A DNA stretch of 64,000 nt from Isurus oxyrinchus (Eukaryota), in assembly GCA_026770705.1 (NCBI GenBank), contig JANJGN010000126.1, positions 310,001 through 374,000 of the forward strand, written 5' to 3'. Positions 51,301-64,000 of this stretch are shown piece after piece (the first letter of the stretch is position 1; each line of letters opens with the position of its first letter). The translations under genes were made by a program, and so were the position numbers. A model generated the notes under the pieces. That model searched no databases. It had not been told where the DNA came from and saw only the letters and a list, made by a program, of their open reading frames with translations.

Positions 51301-51932
51301 CACTGTAATGGACCCTGTCTCAATTTATATTAATCCAGACCCTGTATCACTTTAACTGACCCTCTATCAATTGATATGAATCCATACCTTGCATCAGTAT
51401 GCTCTGTAATATACACTGTCTCAGTTTATATAAACACACACATTGCATTGGTAATTACCATAATAGATCATGTCTCAGAATTGTTAATCTAAAAACTTGT
51501 ATCTGTAGTCACTATAACAAGCTCTGTCTCAGTTGATATTAATCCATACTTTATATCAGTAATCGCTAATTCAGACAGGCATTGTATGGGTAATTACTGC
51601 AATAGGCCATGTCCTTAGTCTGTATTCACCTAGATTCTGTATCAATAATCATTGTGATTGACCCTGTCTCCATTTACACTAATCTAGACTGTGCTTAATA
51701 ACCACTGTAATAGACCCTGCCTCAGTTGATATTAATCCATACATTGTATCAATAACAACTGTTAGATACCATCTCTCTGTCTATAGTAATACAGGCATAG
51801 TTTTTTTGTAATTAATGTAATACACCCTTTCATAGTGGATATGAAGCCATTACTAGTATCACTAATCACTGCAATAAACTCTGTTCATCAGTTTTTTAAT
51901 CCATACCCTTCATCAGGAATGACTGTATTACA

Positions 51933-54900
51933 AAACAAAAACAGAATTACCTGGAAAAACTCAGCAGGTCTGGCAGCATCGGCGGAGAAGAAAAGAGTTG
52001 ACGTTTCGAGTCCTCATGACCCTTCGACAGACTATACTTGATTTCGAGTCCAAGAAAGAGTTGAAATATAAGCTGGTTTAAGATGTGTGTCTGGGGGGCG
52101 GAGAGATAGAGAGAGAGAGAGGTGCTTGTGTAGACAAACAAGCAGTGATAGAAGCAGATCATCAAAAGATGTCAGCGACAATGGTACAAAAGAACACATA
52201 GGTGTTAAAGTTAAAGTTGGTGATATTATCTAAACGAATGTGCTAATTAAGAACGGATGGTAGGGCACTCAAGGTACAGCTCTAGTGGGGGTGGGGAGAG
52301 CATAAAAGATTTTAAAATATTTAAAAATAATGGAAATAGGTGGGAAAAGAAAAATCTATATAATTTATTGGGGAAAAAAAAGGGGGGAATACAGAAAGGG
52401 GGTGGGGATGGGGGAGGGAGCTCACGACCTAAAGTTGTTGAATTCAATATTCAGACCGGAAGGCTGCAAGGTGCCTAGTCGGAAGATGAGGTGTTGTTCC
52501 TCCAGTTTGCGTTGGGCTTCACTGGAACAATGCAGCAAGCCAAGGACAGACATGTGGGCAAGAGAGCAGGGTGGAGTGTTGAAATGGCAAGCCACAGGGA
52601 GGTTTGGGTCATTCTTGCGGACAGGCCGCAGGTGTTCTGCAAAGCGGTCGCCCAGTTTACGTTTGGTCTCTCCAATGTAGAGGAGACCACATTGGGAGCA
52701 ACGAACGCAGTAGACTAAGTTGGGGGAAATGCAAGTGAAATGCTGCTTCACTTGAAAGGAGTGTTTGGGCCCTTGGACGGTGAGGAGAGAGGAAGTGAAG
52801 GGGCAGGTGTTACATCTTTTGCATGGGCATGGGGTGATGCCATAGGAGGGGGTTGAGGAGTAGGGGGTGATGGAGGAGTGGACCAGGGTGTCCCGGAGGG
52901 AGCGATACCTACGGAATGCCGATAAGGGGGGTGAAGGGAAGATGTGTTTGGTGATGGCATCATGCTGGAGTTGGCGGAAATGGCGGAGGATGATCCTTTG
53001 AATGCGGAGGCTGGTGGGGTGATAAGTGAGGACAAGGGGGACCCTATCATGTTTCTGGGAGGGAGGAGAAGGCGTGACGGCGGATGCGCAGGAGATGGGC
53101 CGGACACGGTTGAGGGCCCTGTCAACGACCGTGGGTGGAAAACCTCGGTTAAGGAAGAAGGAGGACATGTCAGAGGAACCGTTTTTGAAGGTAGCATCAT
53201 CGGAACAGATGCGACGAAGGCGAAGGAACTGAGAGAATGGGATGGAGTCCTTACAGGAAGCGGGGTGTGAGGAGCTGTAGTCGAGGTAGCTGTGGGAGTC
53301 GGTGGGTTTGTAATGGATATTGGTGGACAGTCTATCACCAGAGATTGAGACAGAGAGGTCAAGGAAGGGAAGGGAAGTGTCAGAGATGGACCACGTGAAA
53401 ATGATGGAGGGGTGGAGATTGGAAGCAAAATTAATAAATTTTTCCAAGTCCCGACGAGAGCATGAAGCGGCACCGAAGTAATCATCGATGTACCGGAGAA
53501 AAAGTTGTGGAAGGGGGCCGGAGTAGGACTGCAACAAGGAATGTTCCACATACCCCATAAAGAGACAGGCATAGCTGGGGCCCATGCGGGTACCCATAGC
53601 CACACCTTTTATTTGGAGGAAGTGAGAGGAGTTGAAGGAGAAATTGTTCAACGTGAGAACAAGTTCAGCCAGACGGAGGAGAGTAGTGGTGAATGGGGAT
53701 TGTTCGGGCCTCTGTTCGAGGAAGAAGCTAAGGGCCCTCAGACCATCCTGGTGGGGGATGGAGGTGTAGAGGGATTGGACGTCCATGGTGAAGAGGAAGC
53801 GGTTGGGGCCAGGGAACTGGAAATTGTTGATGTGATGTAAGGTGTCAGAGGAATCACGGATGTAGGTGGGGAGGGACTGGACAAGGGGAGAGAGAAGGGA
53901 GTCAAGATAACGAGAAATGAGTTCTGTGGGGCAGGAGCAAGCTGAGACGATCGGTCTACCGGGGCAGTTCTGTTTGTGGATTTTGGGTAGGAGATAGAAG
54001 CGGGCAGTCCGATGTTGGGCGACTATCAGGTTGGAAGCTGTGGGAGGGAGATCCCCAGAGGAGATGAGGTCAGTGACAGTCCTGGAAACAATGGCTTGAT
54101 GTTCAGTGGTGGGGTCATGGTCCAGGGAGAGGTAGGAGGAAGTGTCTGCGAGTTGACGCTCAGCCTCTGCGAGGTAGAGGTCAGTGCGCCAGACAACAAC
54201 AGCACCACCCTTGTCAGCGGGTTTGATGACAATGTCAGGGTTGGACCTGAGAGAATGGAGTGCAGTAAGTTCAGAGAGAGACAGGTTAGAATGGGTGAGA
54301 GGAGCAGAGAAATTGAGACGACTAATGTCGCGCCGACAGTTCTCAATGAAAAGATCAAGAGAAGGTAAGAATCCAGAGGGAGGGGTCCAGGTGGGGGGAG
54401 AATATTGGAGATGGGTAAAAGGATCCGTTGAACTGGGAGAGGACTCCTGCCCAAAGAAGTGAGCCCGGAGACGAAGACGGCGGAAGAAGAGTTCAGTATC
54501 ATGCCGAGCCCGAAATTCATTGAGGTGAGGGCGTAAGGGTATGAAACTAAGTCCTTTGCTGAGCACTGAACGTTCAGCATCGGAGAGGGGAAGGTCAGGG
54601 GGTATAGTGAATACACGGCTGGGGCTGGGATTGGAAGATGGGGTGGGGACGGAGGGACAGGCTGGGGTGGAGGGTCCTAGATGGGTGTTGGTGTCGATGA
54701 GTTGTTGGAGCTGCGTTCCTTAACAGTTGAGAGAAAGAGAAAAAGTTTCTTGTTGAGGCGTCGGATGAGCCGAAGGATAAAATGAACCTGGGGGCACACG
54801 CAGCTTTGAAAAAGGGTACGGCGGTGCTGCTGGAGGGAGAGGTCGAGTGTTTTCATATGGCGGCACATGTCACTGAGTGTGGATTTCAGAATGTGACGGG

Positions 54901-55225
54901 AACAGCAGTCTGAGAAACGTTTTATGTCCCGGAGATACCGGTAATCCTGGGTGGATTTGAAAGATGAGGGTTGGAATTTCAGTTGAAATCCACGTGGGGT
55001 AAGTCGGAGACAGAGACAGTCACTGAGAAAGGAGATATGGCCGTGAAAGCGGGTTTTAGTAAACACCTTGTCAAACACCAGGAGGGAAATGGAAAGCAAA
55101 GAAGGTGAACAAGGCAACAGAGAGATACGGAAATCTTGTCGCGGAGAGGAACAGAACTTCTTCAAGGAGGTAGGCATTTCTTGAAGAGCAGTGGCAGTCA
55201 ATTAAACACAGAGATAAAAACAAAA
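51933..55225 (-). mobile_element. Near full-length Penelope-like retroelement
   Basis: 11-bp TSD actgtattaca (51922-51932 and 55226-55236). Terminal sequence is shared with the solo copies, and it encodes RT plus GIY-YIG. Confidence 0.93.
52422..55201 (-). CDS. Penelope-like RT / GIY-YIG endonuclease polyprotein with one frameshift (~54712)
   Basis: The 714-aa ORF has IKPADKGG, LPKIHK, PGRPIVS, MDVQSLYTSIP, GVAMGTRMGP, RYIDD and a C-terminal VYCVRCSQCGLLYIGETKR..RFAEH. The upstream 174-aa ORF (54677-55201) joins it if one base is restored at CGC A[A]G CTC. Confidence 0.92.
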
Positions 55226-57289
55226 ACTGTATTACACCCTGTCTCAGTTTATGTTAATCCATTTTCTGTAACAGCAATTACTCCAATAGACCTTGGCACA
55301 GTTTATATTCATCCAGACCCTGTATCAGTCATCACTGAAATTGATCCTGACTCAGTTGATGTTAATCAGTAACCACTGTAATAGACCATGCATTGGTTTA
55401 TATTAATGCAGACCTTGTCTCAGTAATCACAATAAAAGTCCCTGGCTCAGTTGATATTAATCAATACCTTGTATCAGTAATCACTGAAGTTGATTCTGAA
55501 TGAATTTATATCAATCCAAGCCTTGTATTTGTAAACACTATAATAGACACTGTCTATTATATTAATCTAGGCCCTGTGTTGGTAGTCATTGTAACAGGCT
55601 CTTTCAAGTTATTTTAATTAGTACCATGTATTAGTAATCAAAGTAAAAGCCCTTGTCTCAGTTTATACTAATCCAGACACTGTATCAGTAATCACTGTAA
55701 TAAACCCTATCTCAGTTGGTACAAATCCATACCTTTTATCTGTAATCATTGTAATAGACCCTGTCTCAGTTTATATTAATTCATAATTTGTATCAGTAAT
55801 CACTGTAACAGACCCTGTCTCGGGTAATATTAGTACATACCTTGTTTCAGTAATCACTGTGATAGACCATGTTTCAGTTTATATTAACATAGACATTGTA
55901 TTGGCAATTACTGTAATAGACCCAGTGCTAAGTCTATATTAATGTAGATCCTGTATCAATAATCAGTGTGATTTACCCTGTCTCCATTTATATTAATCTA
56001 GACTCTGTATCAGTAATCACTGTAATAGACCCTGATATAGACTCTGCCTCAGGTTATATTATTCTAGACCATGTATCAGTAATTACCATAATAGACCCTG
56101 TCATAATTGCTATTCATCAATACTTTGTATCAGTAATCACTGAAGTAGACCCTGACTATGTTTATATCCATCCAAGCCTTGTATTGGTATTAACTGTAAT
56201 AGACCTTGTCTCGCTTTATATTAATGCAGACCCTGTATCAGTAATCATTGTGATAGACAGTGTCTCAGTTTATGTTAATCCATACCTTGAATCAGTAATC
56301 GCTGGAAGAGACCCTGTCTCAGTTTCTATTAATCTAGACCATTTATCATTAATAAATGTAACAGACACTGTTTCAGTTAATTTTAATCAATACCATGTAT
56401 CAATAATCACTCGAATATATCCTGTCCAAATTTATGTTAACCCAGACATTGCATCAGTGATCACCGTAATAGACCTTGTCTCAGTTGATATGAATCCAGT
56501 CCTTGTATTAGTAATCACTGTAACATACCATGACTCAGTATATTAATCCATACCTTGCACCGATAATCACTGTAATAATCTCTGCCTCAGTTTCTATTGA
56601 TCTAGACCCTATATCAGTAATCACTGTAATGGGCCCTGCCTCAGTTTATATGAATCTTTACCTTGCATCAGTACTCTCTGTAATAAATCCAGTCATAGCT
56701 TAAATTAATCTCGGCCCTGTATTAATAATCAATGTAATAGGCCCTGTCTCCATTTATATTAATCTCGGCCCTGTATCAGTAATCAATGGAATAGGCCCTG
56801 TCTCAGCTTATATTAACCGAGACCCTGCATCAGTAATTACTCTAACAAACCCTGTCTCAGTTTATATAAATCTAGGCCCTGTGTCTGTAATCACTGTGGT
56901 AGATGCTGTCTCCGGTTGTTTTATTCTAAGCCCTGTATCAGCATTCACTGTGATAGGCCCTGTCTTAGTTTATAGTAACCGAGGTTCTGTATCTATAATT
57001 GCTGCACAATGCCCCTACTCCGCTTATCCACTTAGGGTCTGTTAAGTTATTAGGGCACTAGACTCTAATTTAGTCAATACCAATCTCACCCCTGTTTCTG
57101 TAATAGACGTACAGATTAATCTAGAACCTGAATCAGTAATCACTGCTCTATGTTCTGTCTCAGTTTAAGTTCATCTAGAGACTGTCTCCTTCTTCTTAGG
57201 CATTCCCTCAGGATCGAGGATGACATGCTGCCATGCCACTTCAATATGTTCTGATTTGGCTGTTAAGCCCAATGCACCATCTGCAGACT

Positions 57290-57600
57290 CTGCTAAAGAT
57301 GGTTGGACCTAGGGCATTACTCTAATTAACAACTGCAGTGATGTTTTGGATAACTGAGATGATTGATCTCCAACAACCACAACCAGCTTCGTCTGTGTTA
57401 CATATGACACTGACCAACAGAGAGTTTCCCCGCAGATTCCCATTGACTCCAGTTTTGCTCCTTGATGCCACACTCTGACAGATGCTGCCTTCATATCAAA
57501 GGCAGTTGCTTTCACCTCAACTTCAGATTTTAGCTCATTTGTCCATGTTTGGACCAAGGCTGTAATGGGATCAGGAGCTGAGTGACCCTGGCATGACTCC
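57290..57600 (-). mobile_element. L2/CR1-superfamily RT fragment
   Basis: LVQTWTNELKSEVEVKATAFDMKAASVRVWHQGAKLESMGICG resembles RT 'ALDIKAAFDRVWH'. Confidence 0.7.
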
Positions 57601-57649
57601 CCTGAAGATATTAGTGGACATCAGCCTTCCCCAATAAGCTTCTTTGATT

Positions 57650-59030
57650 TTGGTCACCCACAAACTAGGGACCCCCATGTATTGGCAGATATGTTCGAAC
57701 ATTTCTGGGATGCTTTGAGCACATCCCTCAAGCACTCTATTTGCCTCCTACCGAGACAGAGTTCCAAGTGGATTAATGACTTTGGGAGTTTTGTGTTCAG
57801 CATATGAACCATATGTTCCACCCAGCAGAGTCGTTATTGAGTGATGAGGGTCTCTCTGTTGGGCATGTTGGTTTGAGAGAGGACACTGCTGTTTGACTGC
57901 CTTTCCTCACCTTGGGTTTGTAGAACCTTCAAATGGCACTGCTGGTATTAATTCTTCAGAACTTAGAGGTGCCGACTCGATGTTGTCCAAGGCTCAGAAG
58001 CATTTAGGTGCTTGGAGATCACTGCTGCCCAGTATACCATGGCCAGAGACTTGGGTTTGGAATTCTAATCCTCAAATACCATGATCATCTGTCGGCCAAA
58101 GGCTGGCCGGCCGCATTAGACTCGATGATGAGTTTTGTTGCCTATTTCTGCCTTCCTAGAGAGGAGTCTCCGAAGGTATTGAAGAAGATCCACATTTTCA
58201 GGATCTTGCCAATGGGGGAGGTTTTGTGGTCTGGGGGCTGTTTGGAAGTGAATCTTATCTTTCTGGGTGTTTAATGGAAAGCCATTTTTTTCATATCCTT
58301 CAAAGAAGTTGTCAGCAATAAACTGGAGCTCAGTTTTCAGTAAGGGTGCACACAAGAACCAGAAGGTTACTGAAGCTCAATGAATGATGCTGGGAGATTT
58401 TGGTTTTGGATTGAAGGTGGTGTAGGATCAACAGTTTCCCATCGGTTTGCTAGATTATCTCCAACCTGTGGGTAATCTGGAGGTGAGGTGAACTATTACA
58501 TAGAGAAAACAATGAGGAGAGGGTTGGTGCGGTGACACAAGCCTGTCTGACCCCAGTTTTCACAGAGGTAGGGTCCGTGCTGGTTCCGCTGGTGAGGATC
58601 AGGGCTTGCAATCCATTGTGGAACAGATGGAGGATGGTGAAAAATTTCTGATGGCACTAAATTTGAGGGGATACTCCATATGCCTTAATCGAGGAAAAGG
58701 CATTTGTGATGCGGAGCAAGGCCTTGTGCAGCTGTTGCTGCTGCTCGTGGCATTTCTCATTGATTTGCCACGCAGTGAACATCAGGGTGCCTCTCGATGG
58801 GTGAAAATGTCACTGCGTCTCTGTAAAGAGCTCTGTGGTCATGGTAAGTGTGTCACTAAGGAGGATGTTTGCAATAATCATCCCTCTGGAAGACAGCAAA
58901 GGGGATTCTTTTGGGTTACTGCAATCAGACTTGTCTCCCTTCTTGATTAGACTCATAATCAGAGGATTCCTGTGCTCCCTCAGCATGCAGTCCCCTTCCC
59001 ATGTGAGGGATATGAGGTTGTACACCTATG
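57650..59030 (-). mobile_element. Decayed RTE-clade LINE
   Basis: LIKKGDKSDCSN..SPLLSSRGMIIANILL...TELFTETQ resembles the RTE ORF2 segment KGDKSDCGNYRGISLLS..GKI.ARILL. Confidence 0.7.
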
Positions 59031-61099
59031 TCAGGTGATGTATCGGTAATGGCGGCACTAGATTCTGTTCTGTTCATTTTAACCCAGGTCCAGTATCAGT
59101 ATTCACAGAACTTGACCCTCCCTCACTTTATATAAACCTAGGCCTTACATCAGTAATCACTGCACTTGCCCCTGCCCCACTTTATATTCACCAAGGCTCT
59201 TAATCAGTAATTCATTCATTAGGCATTGTCTCAGTTTACATTAATCTCTGCACAGTAACAGTCATCGCTGCACTAGGCACTGTCCCAGTTTAAATCAATC
59301 TAGGTCTTGTATCAGTAATCATTGCACTTTACCATGCCTCAATTCATTTAATTCTAGACCCTGTTACACTAATCACTGCTATTAGACCTCGTCTCAGTTT
59401 ATATTCATCAAGGAGCTTAATAAGTAATTCCTTCACTAGGCCCTGTTTCAATTGATATTAATCTAGGCCCTGTATTGTCAATCACTGCACTAGTCCCTGC
59501 CTCAGTTGTTACTGATCAAACCCTGTATCATCAGCCAGTGGACTTGACCGTGTCTCTGTTTATATTGATCAAACCCTGTATCATCAATCACTGCCCCTAG
59601 GCGCTGTATGAAATTATTTTCCTCCAGTTACTTTATATGTAATGGCTGCAGTGGATTCAGCCTCAGTTTTATTGCTCTAGACAATGTCACTGTTAATGTT
59701 ACAGCCGAACCTACTTCATCTAATATTAAAATAGTCCATATCTCTATTTCTATTCAATTAGGCTAGTCTGAGTTATGACCTTCAAGCCAGAGTGCTTTTA
59801 AATTGCACAAGGATGTTCCTCGGTTGGACTGATCCAAACACTGTTTATGTTTACACCACACTAAGCCACAGCTCATTTAACATTACACTAAACACCATCT
59901 CGTAGACAGATAGATAGATAGATAGATAGGCAAGCTTCATGAAACACATTTAATCTCTTATCTCTTTCTCTCTGTCTCTCTCTCTCAACAGCTCAGCATC
60001 TTGACCTCTTTTCTTTCCAAAACAGCAACTTACTTAAACTGTCTCACACAGAACATAAATTATTTAACCCCGCTCTTACACAGAGGCCATTTAACTCTCT
60101 TGTCCCTTTACCAGACAACATATGATTCATTTAAAACATTCTTTACCCGAAGAGTCATCCGTGAAGGATTTTTAAATTTTTTTTATTTTTTTCTCCCAGT
60201 GATAATCCTTAATCCACCTCCACCTTCAATAAACATGCTACAACCAATAGAAACTCATATGTTTTATTTTTTATATGGGAATGGAGGTGAATGCAATGTA
60301 AAAACTAGGAACAATCTATGCTGTGCTTCTTGATGCTGTCAGAGTGAGTTCACCCTCACAGGCAGGAAGACTGTTCATGGTGATAACATGAAACTGACGG
60401 CTGCTGTTTCATTCTCAGGTAACACAACTTCCTGTTTCTCTGCTGCTGGTTCCTAACCGCACATCTCACTTCTGAGCAGTAAATAAATCTAGGGGCCACA
60501 ATCTGGTGGAAACATCTGTCAAGGCGGCCTATATCTGGCCACAGAGTCAGTGCAGAGTCACACAGATCACATTGCGGTGAGATTTACAAATGGGGCTGCT
60601 GTGATCTATTTCTATTTAGAGTTGCCATTCCAGACCATAACTGGATGTGTCTGTGGATCATTCACTGAACTTCCCCTGTTCTCTAAAGCCGGGAAATGAC
60701 CGCTTTCTCCCTTATATTTTGTGACATTTGCTCTGTGTTGCTTGTTGGTTTTATTTCTCAATTTACCTCTCTCGCCGCCTCTTCCTTATTTCTCTTTAAC
60801 CTCGCTCAGTTTTATGCTCTGTGTCAGTTCTGGCATCTCTCTCAATCTCTACATCTCTTTCATACACATGTTCAAAATCACTAAAGGTTTGATGGAGTAA
60901 ATAAAGAGACACCGTTTCAACTGGCACAACAATCAGTGATCAGAGATGACAGATTCAGATTAATTCAACTGGATGGTGAGATCAGAACTGACTTTGTTAA
61001 CACGGTGAGTTGTCATGAGCTGGAAAGAACAACCTGAAATGATAGCAGAAGTGAATTCAACTTTGGAAAGAGGATACATATTTTAGAGCTTAAAAACTG

Positions 61100-62245
61100 T
61101 CAGATAATAGAACCCTAGAAAAGTTATGGTGCAGAAAGAGGCCATTCAGCCCATTGTGATTGCACTGGCCAAAAATAAAAGAAACTTGCCGCTCATTTTA
61201 ATCCCACTTCCCAGCACCTGGTCCATTGCCTTGCAGGTTACAGCAGTTCAGGTGCAGATCCAGGTGCCTTTCAAATGTGTTGACCGTTTCTACTTCAACC
61301 ACCAACTTATGCAGTGACTTCCAGATTTCCACCACCATCTTGGTGAAAAGGTTTTTCTTCATGTCCCCTCTAATCTGTCTACCAATCACCTTAAATCTCT
61401 TCCCCCTGATAACTGACGGCTCAGTGACGAAAGACAACCCTTTTCTGTCTGCCCTATCTAGGCCCCTCGTAATTTTGTACACCTGAATCATGTCACCCCT
61501 TAGCCTTCTCTGTTCTAAGGAAAACAGCCCTAGCATATCTAATCTCTCCTCTTAGCTGCTATTTTCAAGCCCTGTCAACACTCTTGTAAATCTCCTCTAA
61601 GCTCTCTGCGAGCGATTATGTTTTCTTGTAACGTGGTGACCAGGATTGTACGCAAAGCTCCAGCTGTAGTTTAACCAGCGTTTTACACAGTTCCATTATT
61701 ACATCTTTGCTTTTCTGTTCAATACCTCGCCCAATAAAGGAAAACATTGCATATGTTTTCTTGACCACCTTGTCCACCTGTCCCGCCAACTTTTGGGAAG
61801 CTGTGAACATCCACCCAAAGGTCTCGCAGTTCCTCAACCTCCCAATATCTTTCTGTTTATTGAGAATTCCTTTGCTTTGTCTCCTCCGCCCTCTCAAATG
61901 CATTAGCTCACACTTTTCCAAATTCAATCCCATTTGCCACTTCGCCTACTCAACCAAACCAGTCATGTCATTTTGGAATCCACAGCTAGTCTCTCCACTA
62001 CACGACCAATTTTTGCGTCATCTGCAAATTTCCCAATCATGCCTCTCACATTTAAGTTTAAGTTATTAATAAACACAACAAACAACAAGAGCCCAGCACT
62101 GAGCGTTGTGGAAAAGCACTGGGAACCGTTTCCCTTTCGCAGAAACACCCATTGACCATTGCACGTTGTTTCCTGTCATGAGACAAATTTGGATCCAACC
62201 TGCCACCTTCCCCTGCATATCCTGAGATCTCGCTTTCCTGACCAT
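61100..62245 (-). mobile_element. CR1 LINE 3' portion
   Basis: LGLFSLEQRRLRGDMIQVYKI; GMIGKFADDAKIG (RT FADD); LCKTLVKLQLELCVQSWSP. Confidence 0.92.
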
Positions 62246-63389
62246 TATGGGGAATATTGGACAGACCTTTAAAAGAGCCGACACAGGCATAATAGTTTTA
62301 AGGACTTTTTCAATGATTTTCTGCTCTTCTTACTGTTTATCTTTCTGTATTTATGTATCTTCTTGTTGCAGTATCATTTCGGCACCTCCTCTGTCCATTA
62401 TTGAGCCCAAATAAAATGTGATAATTACACAGTTTACCTGGTGAGCTAATCCTGCCGTCTGAAAGTGTCTGTACGTGTAATGCTGATAATTGTCAGGTAT
62501 CTTTCAAGACGCTATTTATAAACTTCAAGTGAATGCCCCTGGATCGAATTCTGATCAGAAAATCCCCACCTCCTGAATCTCTGCGGCACTGAATTTTGCA
62601 CTGGGGAAATGTTGCTATTTGACCTTTTCAGTCACAATGAAAATCAAGCAGAAGATTGAAAATGTCGGTTTGTTTGAGCTGACAGATTCGGCCCGTGTGC
62701 CTCTGTGCAACTCCAAAACTGCAGGAAAAGCTCTGAAGGAACAGATCCGTTTCTGTTCCACTGACAGGTGCGTCAGTGTCAGCTCAGATATCAGCACCTC
62801 TGCAGTCTCCATGTCCTTATTGCCTCCCCCTTGGGTATAAACATTCTTAGTCAGGTGGAGTCAGTCACACGGGCCTTTGTCATGATATCTCCATGAATTT
62901 CTTATCACACAATTCCCTCCCCCGCTCATCATTGCTTAGAAGCCTGCACTATCCCCAAACACCATAGTTTCCTTCCAGTTTGCTTTATAATTACATTCGG
63001 ATGTTCTTTGCTCATCTACCTTGCTCAATACAAGAGTACAAGCGGTAAAAACGGCCTCTGTCATTCATACATTACAGGCTGCCTCTGTGATCATTGTTAT
63101 ACCAGGCTCCAGTCTGCCCGGGCCATGTAATCGCCACTTGTTTCATTAATTTAACTGGAAGAATTTTTTTTCAGCGAACGCGCTAGTCAAACGTGCGATT
63201 GTGTCGCAGGAACCCCTGTCTGGCTGGATAGGGACACTGTACAGGATTGTTCTGTCTGCTATATTCCCTCACCGATTCTGAGTATAAGAACATATTGGGC
63301 AGAAGGACGTAAAAGCAATTAAACTTGAATTTATACTGACACCTGCAGAACCCACCCAGTTTATGGGGTCCAGTCTCTTTTTCTCATTC

Positions 63390-63550
63390 ATTCACGGCAT
63401 GCGAGCTTCGCTGGCTGGGCCAACATTTATTGCCCATCCCATATTTCCCTTGAGAAGGTGGTGGCGTATTGCCTTCTTGAACCACTGCAGTCCACATGGT
63501 GTAGGTACACCGACAGTGTTGTTAGGGAGAGAGTTCTAGGATTTTAACTG
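63390..63550 (-). mobile_element. L2/CR1-superfamily LINE 3' tail
   Basis: Same tail as 3860-4030. Confidence 0.75.
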
Positions 63551-64000
63551 GAGAGAGACTGGAACCCAAATATTCTGAGCCACGACTGAGATTGTTGCCA
63601 AATATTCAACACGGACGTGATCTGTTCACAGTTCCCATCGCAAACCTTATTCCATTCAGAGTTCAATGGTCCTTGATTCTGTTATTCGGCAACGTATTTG
63701 CAACGTTTTCGGAATCACACACACTAATGTACGACACCTTAACTTCGGTTTTGATGCACTAGACGCCGACTGTGCTCTCAGCACACTGGATTCAGTGATG
63801 TGTTCAGTAATACACTGCAACCTGCGGCTGTTAGTATTGGATCGAACACTGTCCTCGTTACACTAAAATTAAACAATGCCTTTGCTGTAATCACACTGGG
63901 CTGTGAGTCCATTCTTATTGCATTGCCTCGTATTTCGGTAATTATTACACTTCACTCCCGCCACTGTTCCAGCCAGAAAATAACCTGCTTATCCATCCAA

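Larger units (their letters stand above)
45560..57190 (+). repeat. 27/54-bp satellite array (interrupted by Penelope-like insertions)
   Basis: Alternating 27-mers gaccctgtctcagtttatattaatcta and gaccctgtatcagtaatcactgtaata. The array resumes at about 59060-59640 after LINE insertions. Confidence 0.95.

Noticed and set aside
45861-56546. Val/Ile-rich repeat ORFs in the satellite as a real protein
   Set aside because: The 27-bp unit is a multiple of 3, so one frame is stop-poor. Stops and indels are frequent, and no gene structure is visible.
45560-57190. CRISPR-like array (regular short repeats)
   Set aside because: The alternating units are both repeated and related to each other. There are no unique spacers or cas genes, and the DNA is vertebrate.
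62435-62840. Possible exon (ORF METAEVLISEL..., downstream CAG|gtaaa donor on minus)
   Set aside because: No recognisable protein similarity, and no single open frame runs from the ATG to the donor.

Overview
This is shark (cartilaginous fish) genomic DNA. The C-mu exons closely resemble horn shark (Heterodontus) IgM as I remember it, which needs checking. The core is one complete immunoglobulin heavy-chain minicluster on the minus strand (about 9.6-28.4 kb): leader, VH, a single D, one JH, CH1-CH4 with secretory tail, TM1 and TM2. The cluster is unusual in four ways. The leader and VH look IgW-type although the constant region is IgM. The single D has 12/12 RSSs and looks like a germline D1-D2 fusion. 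The VH is frameshifted inside a quasi-palindrome. CH3 has lost its second canonical Cys. A repeated cassette with a CTCF-like motif occurs on both sides of the cluster (about 5.5, 32.3 and 33.9 kb); two copies run into degenerate 27-bp repeats, and a small tRNA/tRNA-pseudogene cluster lies at 0.3-5.4 kb. The right half is repeat-dominated: an ~11.6-kb 27/54-bp satellite carrying a near-intact Penelope-like retroelement (RT + GIY-YIG) with hammerhead-like terminal motifs, plus CR1, L2/CR1-like, RTE and DeuSINE fragments. Most ORFs in the supplied track are spurious products of repeats.
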